A stretch of DNA of 63,988 nt, the filler included, from Octopus bimaculoides (taxonomy: Eukaryota), in NCBI RefSeq assembly GCF_001194135.2. It is 5 parts of 5 records of this genome, joined end to end, with 100 filler letters (N's around TTAATTAATTAA, not from the genome) between each part and the next. Parts side by side here need not be neighbours in the genome. Positions count along the whole stretch, not along the records: positions 1 to 20,621 come from NC_068996.1; positions 20,722 to 29,831 come from NC_069002.1; 3 more parts are not named here. One strand, 5' to 3'. The number at the start of each line of letters is the position of its first letter. Within the stretch, counting starts at the first letter, position 1. A program made the position numbers and the translations under genes. The notes under the pieces are model-generated. The model did no database searches. It was given only the letters and a program-made list of their open reading frames with translations, and was not told the DNA's origin. Of the stretch, positions 11,570-23,399 are shown piece by piece.

Positions 11570-14500
11570 TAAGAGGCCTGCTGCAGAATAACAGCAAATG
11601 CATAATCGAGCATCTGAAGAGTCTTTCTGCATGTAATAAATCTATATGCATTGTACTTACAGAGACACATCAATCTGCAGACATAAATGATGCAGAGATA
11701 CACATACCAACGTATGCTATCTTCCGTACAGAGAGAAGAAAAAGAAACCACAGAAGATGTCACAGCACAAGCCCTCTTACCGTAATCGAACTCGGTGTGT
11801 GATACACTCAGTACATCTAAAGCAACTTGATATAGAGATATGCACATTATTATCACCCACCTGATGCCTCAAATCATGATGGAATATTTAAGGAAAGCCT
11901 CAGTGCAATAAAGGAAGTACAAACACAATTGGATCAACACACTACTATATTCCTGATGGGTGACTTCAGTTTCCCCAACATCAAGAGGCCTGAGGGCAAC
12001 ATAACCCCATGAATGACGCACAAAGAGCGAAATCAAGCAGAATCTTTATTTGATCTTACGAAAATGCTATTCATGGAGCAGATCATACTCTCTCCAACCA
12101 GGCATAAAAATATCCTGGACGTCTGTTTTTCAAACAGTTTGGAAATTATCTATCCATAACGTAAATATATCACCGACAATATTCTCAGACCATAACATGA
12201 TAGAACTGATAACGTATAGCCCGGAATTAACTAAAGATAAACTCTGCACAGATGGTGCTCAAACCCTATCCAACCTAAATTTCAATAAGGCAGACTGAAA
12301 GTCACTTGAAAAACAGAAACTCCAGCAGGACTGGCCTAAAAGCCTCTCTATGCAAGACATAGATATGGAACTCGATAAATTCATGTCAATAATGCAAGCC
12401 ATACGCATTAAATATGTCCCAGAGAAGAGAGCAAATACACACAAAACCATCATTTCCCCGAGACAGGAGAATACTCATGCGGCAGGGAATAAAGATCTCG
12501 AATTGTTTAAACAGACACCTCAATGCGTGAAATCCCACCTGACAGAGGAACTCTTCGAGATTGAAAATAAACACAAAATTTCCCATGAAAAAGAAAGAGA
12601 AGTAAGAGAAACCTGGGCAGTCGAAAATATAGAAAGAAGTCTTAAAGCTTTCTACACTTTGGCAAAGGAGTTTGCTTCAGTACGCTATAAGATAGGGCCA
12701 CTATTTGGCAAATACGGCTCACTAACTGCAGACTCGGCGAAGATAAGTGAAGCACTAAATAAACAGCTCCGAAGTGTTTTCACTTCTCCACTGGAAAATA
12801 TGAAAATAAACAAACCTGAGGAGATTTTCAATGTAACGAATCTATTCGGAAACGAGGTAACCATAGATTACATCAACATAACAAACGAGGATATAATATC
12901 GGCCATTGATGAGATGAGATCAAACTCAGCAACGAACCCAAATGGACTCCCAACTGTTCTCTTGAAGACATGTAAAAAGACTCTTGCAAAGTCACTGCAG
13001 ATACCCTTTCAGAGTTTCCTTGCATGTGGTAAACTTTCCAACATGCTTAAAGAGGGTATAATATGCCCTGTCGATAAAGGAGAGAGCAGAGCAGATGCTA
13101 AAAATTACATGCCCATCTCACTGACCTCACATGTTAGCAAGACAATGGAACACATTGTCAGAAAAAGGCTGATCACGTTCCAAGAAAAAAAAACAACCTC
13201 ACAAACACGTAACATGGCTTCTGTTCAGGGAGGAGCTGCATCACACAGCTTCTGCAGCACTTTGACTGGGCACTGAAACAACAGTTAAACCAATCAGCGG
13301 TAGACGTGATATACCTCGACTTTGCCAAACCCTTCAACAAGGTTGATCATGGCATGATATTCACAAGCTGCGAAACCTTGGTATTGCTGGGAAACTGGGA
13401 GAGTGGTTGCATGATTTTCTGAAGAGCAGGAGTCAGACAGTTGTAGCCAATGGTGCTAACTCTGAAGAGACACCAATTCTCAGCGGAGTTCCACAGGGAA
13501 CTGTACTGGAGCCACTACTATTTGTGGCGACCCTCTCAGACATGCCCTCCGCGGTACAGTCAGCCAATCTGACGACACAAAAGTATCGCAGGTAGTTAGG
13601 AACCCAGAGAACATCATAAAATTGCAGAAAGATCTGAATGAAATATACAAATAGTCTTAAAAATATAAAATGCAGTTCAATGCTATGAAATTTCGGGCAC
13701 TCCACTATCAGCGCAACACTAGGCTAAAATCGGAATACACTGGACCAGAAAGTAATATGATCCCAGTTAACTAGGAGTTCACATGAGGAATGAGACAACA
13801 TTCCATGTGCATATTACCAAAATGGCAACACTGTAGAAGCGAGTGACTAGATAGATTTTGAGGACATTCAGACCAGAAAAAGGGAGGCCCTGCTTCTCCT
13901 ATGGAGCACTTTCGTTCTCAGACGCTTGGACTACTGCTCCCAACTATGGTCCCCAGAGAGTGTGAAACAAACTGTGGAACTTGAAGTAATCCAGCATCAA
14001 TACATAAAGAAGATTGATACGATGCAAAAGATGGACTACTGGGAGATGCGCTAAAAGAGCTGAGTCCCTATTCCCTGGAGAGAAGACGAGAGAGATATGC
14101 GGTGATATATATTTGGAAGATCTTGGATGGTTTTGCTCCCAATTTTGGAATTGACAGCAATACCAATCCTCGAACTGGACGACATAACATCATACCAAAG
14201 ATCCTGTCTTCCCCATCTAAAATAAGGACACAGAACTGCAATAGTCTGGATTTCAAGGACCGCCAATTGTTCAACATCCTGCCAGGATCTACATGGTATT
14301 GATGTGCAAGTTTTCAAGGAACGTCTGGACAGGTTTCTAGATACCAGATGAACCCACATCGCAGCAGGAGGCACATAGAAAAGCAGCTCCGTCCAACTCG
14401 CTACTTCACCAAAAACAATATCGGAAACAACACCTAGTAATTACATGTGGTGCACCAGCATGACCTCAGCCCTGGACTGAAACCAGTAAAAGATAAACGA
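11570..14500 (+). mobile_element. CR1/L2-group LINE ORF2 (APE + RT) with 3' tail, decayed
   Basis: LTETH, LMGDFSFP, SDHNMI, PISLTSHVSKTME, VIYLDFAK, GVPQGTVL, DDTK, YCSQLW, ERRRERYAVIYIWKIL. Confidence 0.9.
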
Positions 14501-14926
14501 TAATATATATATATATATATATATANNNNNNNNNNNNNNNNNNNNNNNNNNNNNNNNNNNNNNNNNNNNNNNNNNNNNNNNNNNNNNNNNNNNNNNNNNN
14601 NNNNNNNNNNNNNNNNNNNNNNNNNNNNNNNNNNNNNNNNNNNNNNNNNNNNNNNNNNNNNNNNNNNNNNNNNNNNNNNNNNNNNNNNNNNNNNNNNNNN
14701 NNNNNNNNNNNNNNNNNNNNNNNNNNNNNNNNNNNNNNNNNNNNNNNNNNNNNNNNNNNNNNNNNNNNNNNNNNNNNNNNNNNNNNNNNNNNNNNNNNNN
14801 NNNNNNNNNNNNNNNNNNNNNNNNNNNNNNNNNNNNNNNNATGTCTATATGTCTGTATATATATGTGCATATATATATATGCATATATGTATATTCATAT
14901 ACATGCATATATATGTACGTATATGT

Positions 14927-14969
<43 letters not shown>

Positions 14970-15329
14970 TGTGTGTGTGTGTGTGTACGTATATATATAT
15001 ATATATATATAAGCATTTCTAGGATACAAAGGGGCGAAGTTGAATCAAATATTAAATTCAACTTCGCACGTTTGCATCTTAGGAAAGCTTAAATATAACT
15101 TTATGGAATTATCAGAGGCTTGTCTAACATTATTGGACCCTACTTTGAACAAGAAAAATGTTGATTACTCTCCAAGTTTACCAGAAGAATCGTAATAAAG
15201 TTGATCATGGACGAAATGACAAATTCATAAATAGTTAACCACAATTCAGGAATGGAAGCTCATAAAGGACAGTAAAAATGTTCGAATGGAAAGTTTCATT
15301 TCAAATGGCCAGCAACAATTCAGGCCAAA

Positions 15330-16045
15330 CTTCTATGTGTTAGGCGTCAACCGTTGCTCCTCCTTTGGCGATGACTTCCTCAAACCACTTCCTGACTGCA
15401 CCACAAGCTTTCTTAATGAACTCCTTATCACTGTCCTCCTCTCACGTCCTACGGGTGGAGGTTTTGAGGGTTTGCAGGTTACCCTGGGGTTTCTCCCACT
15501 CTTTTCTGACCAGTTCATTCCAGGTTCAAATCAGGTGATGAAGGGATCCAAGTATCCTTATCCCAAAACCTGTTTCAAACTTACATCTGAGAAATTTTTG
15601 AGCCACTGAACTTGAGTAACAAGGATCTCCATCCATCTTGTTGGAATATAAACTTAAAGTCCTCAGCAGTTTTTTGGGGGTTTCCCTCGACTCTTATTTC
15701 GAGATATTCAGAAAGAATCCTGGTTTTTACTTCTTTCAAAACCTGAACATAACAAACTCTTGTCTGTCTCTCAACTTTCTCAACCATGTTCAATGGTATC
15801 TTCTTGTCATCAGAAGCCACGCAGGTTTGGTAGGGTTTTGCACCTGGAAATGACATTTTTGGCCCTTTCGTAAAGCTCTGAAGCCAGAACGCGTCTGCTG
15901 CGTCTGTTTGTGTGCGTATCTTGGATTTTGTTTCACTCTATTCAAGATGATTGTTGTCCTCTCCAACCTTCTAACCTTTTGTCCTGGAGTAACAAGGTGC
16001 CTCACAGGAGTAACAAGGTGCCTTCTCGTGTTTGGGTGTTTCAAT
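15330..16045 (-). mobile_element. Tc1/mariner transposase remnant, maT (DD37D)-like
   Basis: VASDDKKIP, FIFQQDG, WIPSSPDLNL (plus-strand CAGGTTCAAATCAGGTGATGAAGGG), IKKACGAVRKWFEEVIAKGG. Confidence 0.75.
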
Positions 16046-16212
16046 TCATAATTTGATTGTGAGTCAAGTTAACAATATCTGACAGTGTGAACTGACTCTA
16101 GATTTATTATAGAACATTACGTAACTCTTGCATGCATTAAGAAATGAATGACGATCGTTCATCGAAATGTACGCAACATTAATTTGACTTCTCTATTCTT
16201 TCATGTATTCTA

Positions 16213-16382
16213 GGCGCAGGTGTGGCTGTGTGGTAAGTAGCTTGCTTACCAACCACATGGTTCCGGGTTCGGTCCCACTGCGTGGCACCTTCGGCAAGTG
16301 TCTTCTGCTATAGCCTCGGGCCGTCCAAAACCTTGTGAGTGGATTCGGTAGACGGAAACTGAAAGAAGCCCGTCGTATATAT

Positions 16383-16416
<34 letters not shown>

Positions 16417-16595
16417 TTGTGTGTCTGTGTTTGTCCCCCCCACCATCGCTTGACAACCGATGCTGGTGTGTTTACCTCCCCGTAACTTAGCGGTTCGGCA
16501 AAAAGAGACCGATAGAATAAGTACTANNNNNNNNNNTCCAAAACCTTGTGAGTGGATTCGGTAGACGGAAACTGAAAGAAGCCCGTCGTATATAT

Positions 16596-16629
<34 letters not shown>

Positions 16630-16845
16630 TTGTGTGTCTGTGTTTGTCCCCCCCACCATCGCTTGACAACCGATGCTGGTGTGTTTACCTCCCCGTAACT
16701 TAGCGGTTCGGCAAAAAGAGACCGATAGAATAAGTACTAGGCTTCCAAAGAATAAGTCCTGGGGTCGATTTGCTCGACTAAAGGCGGTGCTTCAGCATGG
16801 CCGCAGTCAAATGACTGAAACAAGTAAAAGAGTAAAGAGTAAGAG
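16213..16845 (+). mobile_element. SINE family B (one copy, partly duplicated across a 10-N gap)
   Basis: GGCGCAGGTGTGGCTGTGTGGTAAG...GGTTCGGTCCC A/B-box-like head, internal (TA)n, tail GCATGGCCGCAGTCAAATGACTGAAACAAGTAAAAGAG. Confidence 0.92.
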
Positions 16846-17449
16846 TATGTATATACCGTTTCCCTGTCATAGTCCCTTCCTCCTTCTATACTCAGCACTT
16901 TTCACATCAACAGGAGTTCCTTTAATTTTCTACTTTCTCTTACTGTTGTCACCCTCTCCCTCAATTAGTCCTTCTTACCACCACTTCTCCCCTACTTCCT
17001 CTTCCTCTCACTGCCTCTTTCGTCTCCATTACCATCACAGACGCACGTACACGTACTAATCACAACTTCAGTCCCCTATTTCTTCTCCCCTAACGGACAA
17101 TTAACATATGGTAACAGAAGCATCTGTTTGGTTTTAAGAGAGAGTGAAAGTGAGATCGAGAGTGAGCGAGGGAATTGAGAAAGAGAAAGAAAAAGGGCAT
17201 TCGCTCCTTACGATTCTCCATATCGAAAGTTCACTTTCCCAAAATATACAAATAAGCTGTCACGTAGACGACACTGGCACCAGACTGATGCTTGACCACT
17301 GGAACACTTCCCTTCCATAAGAAGTTAAATAACAAACGTTTCTTACTGGTTTAAAAGGAACAACGGTCAGTTACACCCACCCACAACTTCATATCCACAC
17401 AACTGATATGCCTGTAGCTATGCAAATACACATATACACGCATATCTGT

Positions 17450-17832
17450 TGTTGTTGGCACTCCGTCGCTTACGACGTCGAGGGTTCCAGTTGATCCGAT
17501 CAACGGAACAGCTTGCTCCTGAAAATTAACGTGCAAGTGGCTGAGCACTCCACAGACGCCTGTACAGTTAACGTAGTTCTCGGAGAGATTCAGGGTGACG
17601 CAGAATGTGACAAGGCTGACCCTTTGAATTACAGGTACAACAGAAACAAGAAGTTAGTGTGAGAGAAACTTGTGGTGAAAGAGTACAGCAGGGTTCACCA
17701 CTATCCCCTGCCGGAGCCTCGTGGAACTTTTTAGGTGTTTTCGCTCAATAAACACAACGCCCGGTCTGGGAGTCGAAACCGCGATACTATGACTGCGAGT
17801 CCGCTGCCCTAACCACTAGGCCATTGCGCCTC
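17450..17832 (-). mobile_element. tRNA-derived SINE family D with (CAA)n tail
   Basis: Minus head GGCGCAATGGCCTAGTGGTTAGGGCAGCGGACTCGCAG...GGTTTCGACTCCC; ends GACGGAGTGCCAACAACA. Confidence 0.8.
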
Positions 17833-18887
17833 TACACACACATATATGCGCGCTTATATATGCACACTTATGCGCAAAGCATTATACACAGTTTATTCAG
17901 TGAGTCTCACTATGTTTGCAATGCCTGCTAGAAATATCAACCAAATCTTCTTTCAATCCTACGATACCTACTGAAGCATGAAAAGTTCGTAAATACCCAT
18001 TAAAAAATTGAGGCGGTCACGTTTAGAAAGCCTTTGGCCATTAGATATGTTGATATCAGGACTAAGCGGATGCGAGATAACAACTGTAACATGTACACCA
18101 AATCAAGTTCTGTCGCAGACAAAGGAAAATCGTTTCGTTCAACCGTTTCACTCATTTAGAATATTGCGTCACGGTACATAGACATTGATGCGCGCGGAAA
18201 ACCAATCAAGCGTATACATCATTGTACACAAACATTAAACACTTAAATACACATACACACGTATACATGTACACGCACGCACAGACACATGTACGCGCGC
18301 GCGCATACACGAACGCACACATACTCATGCACGATTACACATATATTATATACATGCATGCATATATACATGCGCGCGCACATATACGTATGTACACACG
18401 CATATAGCGTACATACACATACATACATGCATATATACAAACATACAAACATGCATACATACATACATACAAACATACATACATACTTACATACATACAT
18501 ACATACATACATACATGCATACATACATACCACCTACACACATGCATACATACATACATGGTGTTGAAATTCCAATGAAGGAGCCTGGGATCTAGGTTAG
18601 AAACCAGCTCTTTCTCTATTGGAAAGAAATCTTGAAATAAAACTGAATAACAACAAACATACATACATATGTACACACACTCACACACACATACATACAT
18701 ACATACATACATACATGCATACATGCAGGCATGCATACAAACATACATGCATACATGTAAGCATGCATACATACAGACATACATGGATACATATGTAAAT
18801 ACGTACGGCTGCATGCAACAAACTCCGAATGTAGACGTGTATGTCTAAAATCACAAGAACTCGCATGCACACATACGCGCACACATT

Positions 18888-19180
18888 ATGTGGCCTTGTG
18901 GTTAGAGTATTAAACCTACAGATATTTATGGTCTGGGTTCGATTCATGGACCGGGCAGTACGTTGCGCCTCTGAGTAAGACCACTGCATTTCACGACGCA
19001 CCGGCTTGAAAATGAACACCTCTTTCTACTTTCATCTTATCACATTCTGGGTCGCGGGTGTGTGGAGCGGAGAGGTTGTCTATTTCTGCTTGTGCCCTCA
19101 TAGGCACTTAGAGTAATTAGCGAACGTATCGTACTGTCAACCAAGTCATACCCGCTTGCGAGTGACGGTTGAACCATGAG
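18888..19180 (+). mobile_element. Degenerate tRNA-derived SINE (family C-like)
   Basis: TGGCCTTGTGGTTAGAG and GGGTTCGATTC boxes; CTGAGTAAGACCAC resembles the 42890-43218 body. Confidence 0.5.
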
Positions 19181-19320
19181 CGCACGCGCGTGCACATGTG
19201 TGTGTGTGTGCATGTTTTTACGTGTGAGTATGTGTGTGTGTGTGTGTGTGTGCGTGTGTCTATGTGTCTCTGCGTTTGCCTCTCTGTCTATATACATATA
19301 CATGAGTATTTATATATGTA

Positions 19321-19747
19321 CCGTAAATCCTCGAGTATAATCCGCACTTTTTTCCCTAAATTTAAAGGTCAAAATCCCTAGTGCGTACTATATACGAGGT
19401 TAAAAATGAAAATATATTTTCTAAGCAAAATTTTCTTAGTGAAAAATATATGAAAGGCAATTTACTTAATATTTATTTTTCACTGACGTTATTACTGTTA
19501 TTTCTTTATTTTCTGCAAACAAAGAGCACAAAAAAGCTACACGTTTGCATTATGTTATATATACAATAATAATAAAGGACGTTAGCGTATATATGTTCAC
19601 AAACCAAGGACGTTAAATAGACCTCCTTGACTCAAGTTAGAGAAGGGGTGCGTTTTATACACAAGGTTTAGGTTTTTCAGAGGTACAGCCCCCTAAAAAT
19701 CCCCTGCGTATTATACTCAAGGGCAGACTATACTCGAGGATTTACGG
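19321..19747. mobile_element. Tc1/mariner-superfamily MITE
   Basis: Perfect 19-bp TIR CCGTAAATCCTCGAGTATA / TATACTCGAGGATTTACGG, TA on both sides. Confidence 0.9.
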
Positions 19748-19784
19748 TATATACACATACGTATACATATACATACATATGCAT

Positions 19785-19995
19785 GCACGATAAGTTCACC
19801 GTTATCATTCACCGCAGGAAAAGTTTACCAGAAAATCCCTGATCGCACATTTTGATCTCCATTACTTAGGGGATGTTCTTTTTCCGATAAAATAGTTGTT
19901 CTTTGCATATACTTTTTGCAGTAAACTTTCCTTGCGATGATCTTTTCTCACGGTGAACCTCCTTCACGGTGAATTGATGGCCGTGAACTTACGTG
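19785..19995. mobile_element. Small MITE-like inverted repeat with TTCACCG subrepeats
   Basis: AAGTTCACCG...TTCACCGCAGGAAAAGTTTAC versus GTAAACTTTCC...CGGTGAACC...CGGTGAATT...CGTGAACTT. Confidence 0.55.
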
Positions 19996-20119
19996 TCATC
20001 GCATATACGTTCACACACAATCACACACTAACACATACACACGCACACACACAAACACACACATATATACATGTATATGTTATGTATGTATATATATATA
20101 TATATATGCTAGTACGAAC

Positions 20120-20530
20120 CTCTCTCTTCCTTTCAGTTCGTCACATCACAGCGTTCAGTATACATATATATTTTTTTCACGTCTGGCCCTACTTGTTTAT
20201 TTTCACTGTTTCTTCTTCCTGTCGTGTTTTCTGTTCGCCACGATATTCCTCGGCATTACAAATTTAATTTGTTTCTGCGGGAAGAGCCATTCTAACAATG
20301 CGTCCAGCCCTAACTCTTTGAAACGCTTAGTTTTAGAATGGTGGCAGCTGATGAAGGAAATGTTCTCTATGTGGCCTGTGTGTTTTCTGTGCTCTGTTTA
20401 TGTTCTGTTTTTCATTTTGTTCGCGTTTTTTTTTGTGACGTCCTGTACCTAGATATGCATGCATATATACATGTAGATGTAGGTATGTACATACATGTAC
20501 GTATATATGCATATACTCACATATTATTTG
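20120..20530 (+). mobile_element. Penelope-like terminal repeat fragment; second copy at about 55490-55930
   Basis: Shared TTCGTCACATCACAGCGTTCA...GCAGCTGATGAAGGAAA...TGACGTC(C/T)TGTAC...GATATGCAT between the two loci; Penelope assignment is tentative. Confidence 0.5.
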
Positions 20531-20533
20531 TAT

Positions 20534-20566
<33 letters not shown>

Positions 20567-20724
20567 ACTTGGGGATGGTCATATTGCCAGTTTAGCCAAT
20601 AAAAACACACGCACTGTATATNNNNNNNNNNNNNNNNNNNNNNNNNNNNNNNNNNNNNNNNNNNNTTAATTAATTAANNNNNNNNNNNNNNNNNNNNNNN
20701 NNNNNNNNNNNNNNNNNNNNNAGA

Positions 20725-20832
<108 letters not shown>

Positions 20833-21689
20833 CAATACAGATTGAGAGAGAGATACTGTAGCTGAATATGGCGTTTATCATCCGTAGCTATTATTGTTCT
20901 TTCTTCTTTTCTTCTTCCATCAAATCGAGGAACGTCCCTTGGTGACTTATTTAACAGTTATCTTGTCATGGAAATACCGTGATATAACACAAAGCTAGTT
21001 TCCTCTTGCCTTCAGCTATGTTTGCAAAACGATTCAACTTCACCATAATCTGCTGGTGCTGAAATGAAGTCTGCGAAATATTTTGTCCACCGTCCTAATA
21101 TTTCCTGTTTCAGCGTCTGAACTTCTTAGTTCGATTTTCGACTTCCGGGAGAATAGGAGTCAAAACTGAGTTGAATTCGTTAAAAATCGGAACAAATATC
21201 GTCATTGTTGTTGGTCCCCGGCGCAATCGATTCTCTCAGTAGATTACACTCCCATCATGAGATTAGTTTTACAGTCAATTTTAGAGGAAGTTACAGCTCA
21301 AAAATATATTGACAAACGTATTGTTAATCCTGAATCTTATAAGTGCACGTGACTTAGCAATTGACGTCTTGCAACTAGATGGAAATAACTTGTGAGATTA
21401 ATCCTTTAAGATAGCCTTTCTTATCTCCTCGGATCCTTAAATAGAAGACATGGTTAACATCAATCAATTAATTATTTAATTTTCTATCACCATTTATTCC
21501 AAGTAAGCGACACTAATGTATTTTCTTTAGCAAGCAATTAATACATTCATTAGGATGGTCCTATGTCGTTGCTCGGTCGGTTAGAAATGGCAGCAAAAGT
21601 CCAGTTTTAAGCATCAGAAAAACTATGACTAACTGGTAAACAGTGATAGTATTATAGAGATAGTAAAGCAAAAAATAAACCATTTGCTT

Positions 21690-22610
21690 TACATGGATAA
21701 TCTGAAGTTTTTCAGGAAGAATAAAAAGCCATTGATTCTTTGATACACACTTTAATACTCTTCAGCAAAGATATAGGCATGGAATTTGGCATAGATAAGT
21801 GTGAAATATTTGTCATTAGAAGGGGACAGTTGCACATCAGTGAAGATGGACAGGCATTAAAATCACAGGAAGAAGGGGAAAGTTATAAGTATCAAGGAGT
21901 ATTAGAATCTGACAGAATACTAACAATAGAAATGAAAATGAAAATTCAGAAAACGTACATTAGAGATGTGTGGAGGCTAATAGAGTCAAAGCGAAATGGT
22001 CCAAATCGTGTGAAGGCTCTAAATACTTGCGCACAGTCGTTACTTAAATATTCAGCAGCTTTTGTCGACTGGACAAAATCTGAATTAGCAAATCCAGACA
22101 GAAGAACTTGGAAGGAATTTAATATGAATTGAGGACTTCATTCACGAGTAGGAGTATCAAGATTATACTCACCCAGAAAGGAAGGTGGAAGAAGGTTAAT
22201 ATCAGTAGAAGATTGCGTGGCGTTAACTAGTGCAGATATATCCTCATGTGTAGGCAAAGAGCTGCAAGTGTAGCGGTAGGAGATAGGGAAACCCCCAAAA
22301 GCCAAATGTAGTTAAAATACAGATAAAAGAAACAAGATTATCTGACCGGCAAGAGAAACATTTGCATAGTATATTTCCAGAGACAGTTGCTGAAAATAGT
22401 CATGGAGAGACATGGCTGTGATTACAGAAAGGAAAGCTGAAAAGAGAGGCAGAATTGTTTGTTAGTAGGAGCATAAGGGCTTGAGGCGTTGAGGACTAAA
22501 TCGATAAAAGCTAAGGTAGACAAAAATGAAGGAGATTCCCATGTAGGTTATGTAAATGAAAGGAAGAAAGTGTTACACATAAAGTTAGTGAATGTAGCAT
22601 GCTTGGACCT
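21690..22610 (+). mobile_element. R4/Dong-like RT/RLE fragment
   Basis: YMDNLK, FSKDIGMEFGIDKC, YKYQGVLE, RKEGGRRL. Confidence 0.82.
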
Positions 22611-22614
22611 GTAG

Positions 22615-22997
22615 CAGGTGGCTGCGGAGGTCTTAAGGCATAGTGAAGTCATGGAGGTCGAAAAGACCTATCAAAAAGAGGATTTTACTTTCGTCAATCC
22701 GGGACTGTCAGTGCGAGATCTCCTGATGGCGACGGGACACTTGCTTGGAGGCCCGGATGAGGAAGATTAGATCTTTAAAAAGAACTTTATTGAACTTTAT
22801 TGAACTTTCATTGGATTTTTGGCTTTTTTGGATTTGTATTGAACAATGTTTTCGAGGGGTTATCGGTCGGCAGGCGCCGGTGCCTCTCTCATTTTTATTC
22901 ACCTTTCGTTATCATCCTCATCACATTAATGTCTTTGTCCAGCCCGCAGCTACTACTCTATGTACAACCCTTGTGGCTAATTTCAATGAAATAAAGT
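22615..22997 (+). mobile_element. Possible 3' end/UTR of a Tx1/L1-like element
   Basis: Coding-like segment followed by T-rich UTR ending CCCTTGTGGCTAATTTCAATGAAATAAAG; no diagnostic motif. Confidence 0.3.
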
Positions 22998-23385
22998 AAC
23001 TTGCTTACGAACCACATGGTTCTGGGTTCCGTCCCACTGCGTGGCACCTTAGGCAAGTGTCTTCTACTATAGCCTCGGGCCGACCAAAGCCTTGTGAGTG
23101 GATTTGGTAGACGGAAACTGAAAGAAGCCCGTCGTATATATGTACATATATATGTGTGTGTCTATGTTTGTGTGCCTGTGTTTGTTCCCCCAAATCACTT
23201 GACAAACGATGCTGGTGTGTTTACGTCCCCGTAACTTAGCAGTTCGGCAAAAGCGACCGATAGAATAAGTACTGGGCTTACAAAGAATAAGTCATGGGGT
23301 CGATTTTCTCGACTAAAGGCGGTACTCCAGCATGGCCGCAGTCAAATGACTGAAACAAGTAAAAGAGTAAAAGAGTAAAAAGAGT
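22998..23385 (+). mobile_element. SINE family B, 5'-truncated
   Basis: Near-identical to 16240-16840 including tail. Confidence 0.9.
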
Positions 23386-23399
23386 TTAATGGAATGACA

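Noticed and set aside
16213-16290. tRNA genes at SINE heads (also 17760-17832, 43145-43218)
   Set aside because: No intact acceptor stem; each continues into a repeated SINE body.
16380-16740. Apparent tandem duplications flanking short gaps (also 9700-9785/10340-10440 and 56105-56250)
   Set aside because: Identical sequence on both sides of an N run indicates unmerged contig overlap.
20348-20385. CTGATGA hammerhead-like starts (also 55726)
   Set aside because: A stem II-like GGAA/TTC is present but the required GAAA is missing.
20622-20721. TTAATTAATTAA islands inside N runs (also about 29876, 48900, 61618)
   Set aside because: At 20622-20721 the pattern is N44-TTAATTAATTAA-N44 (100 bp) and the others look the same: an artificial all-frame-stop gap spacer, not biology.
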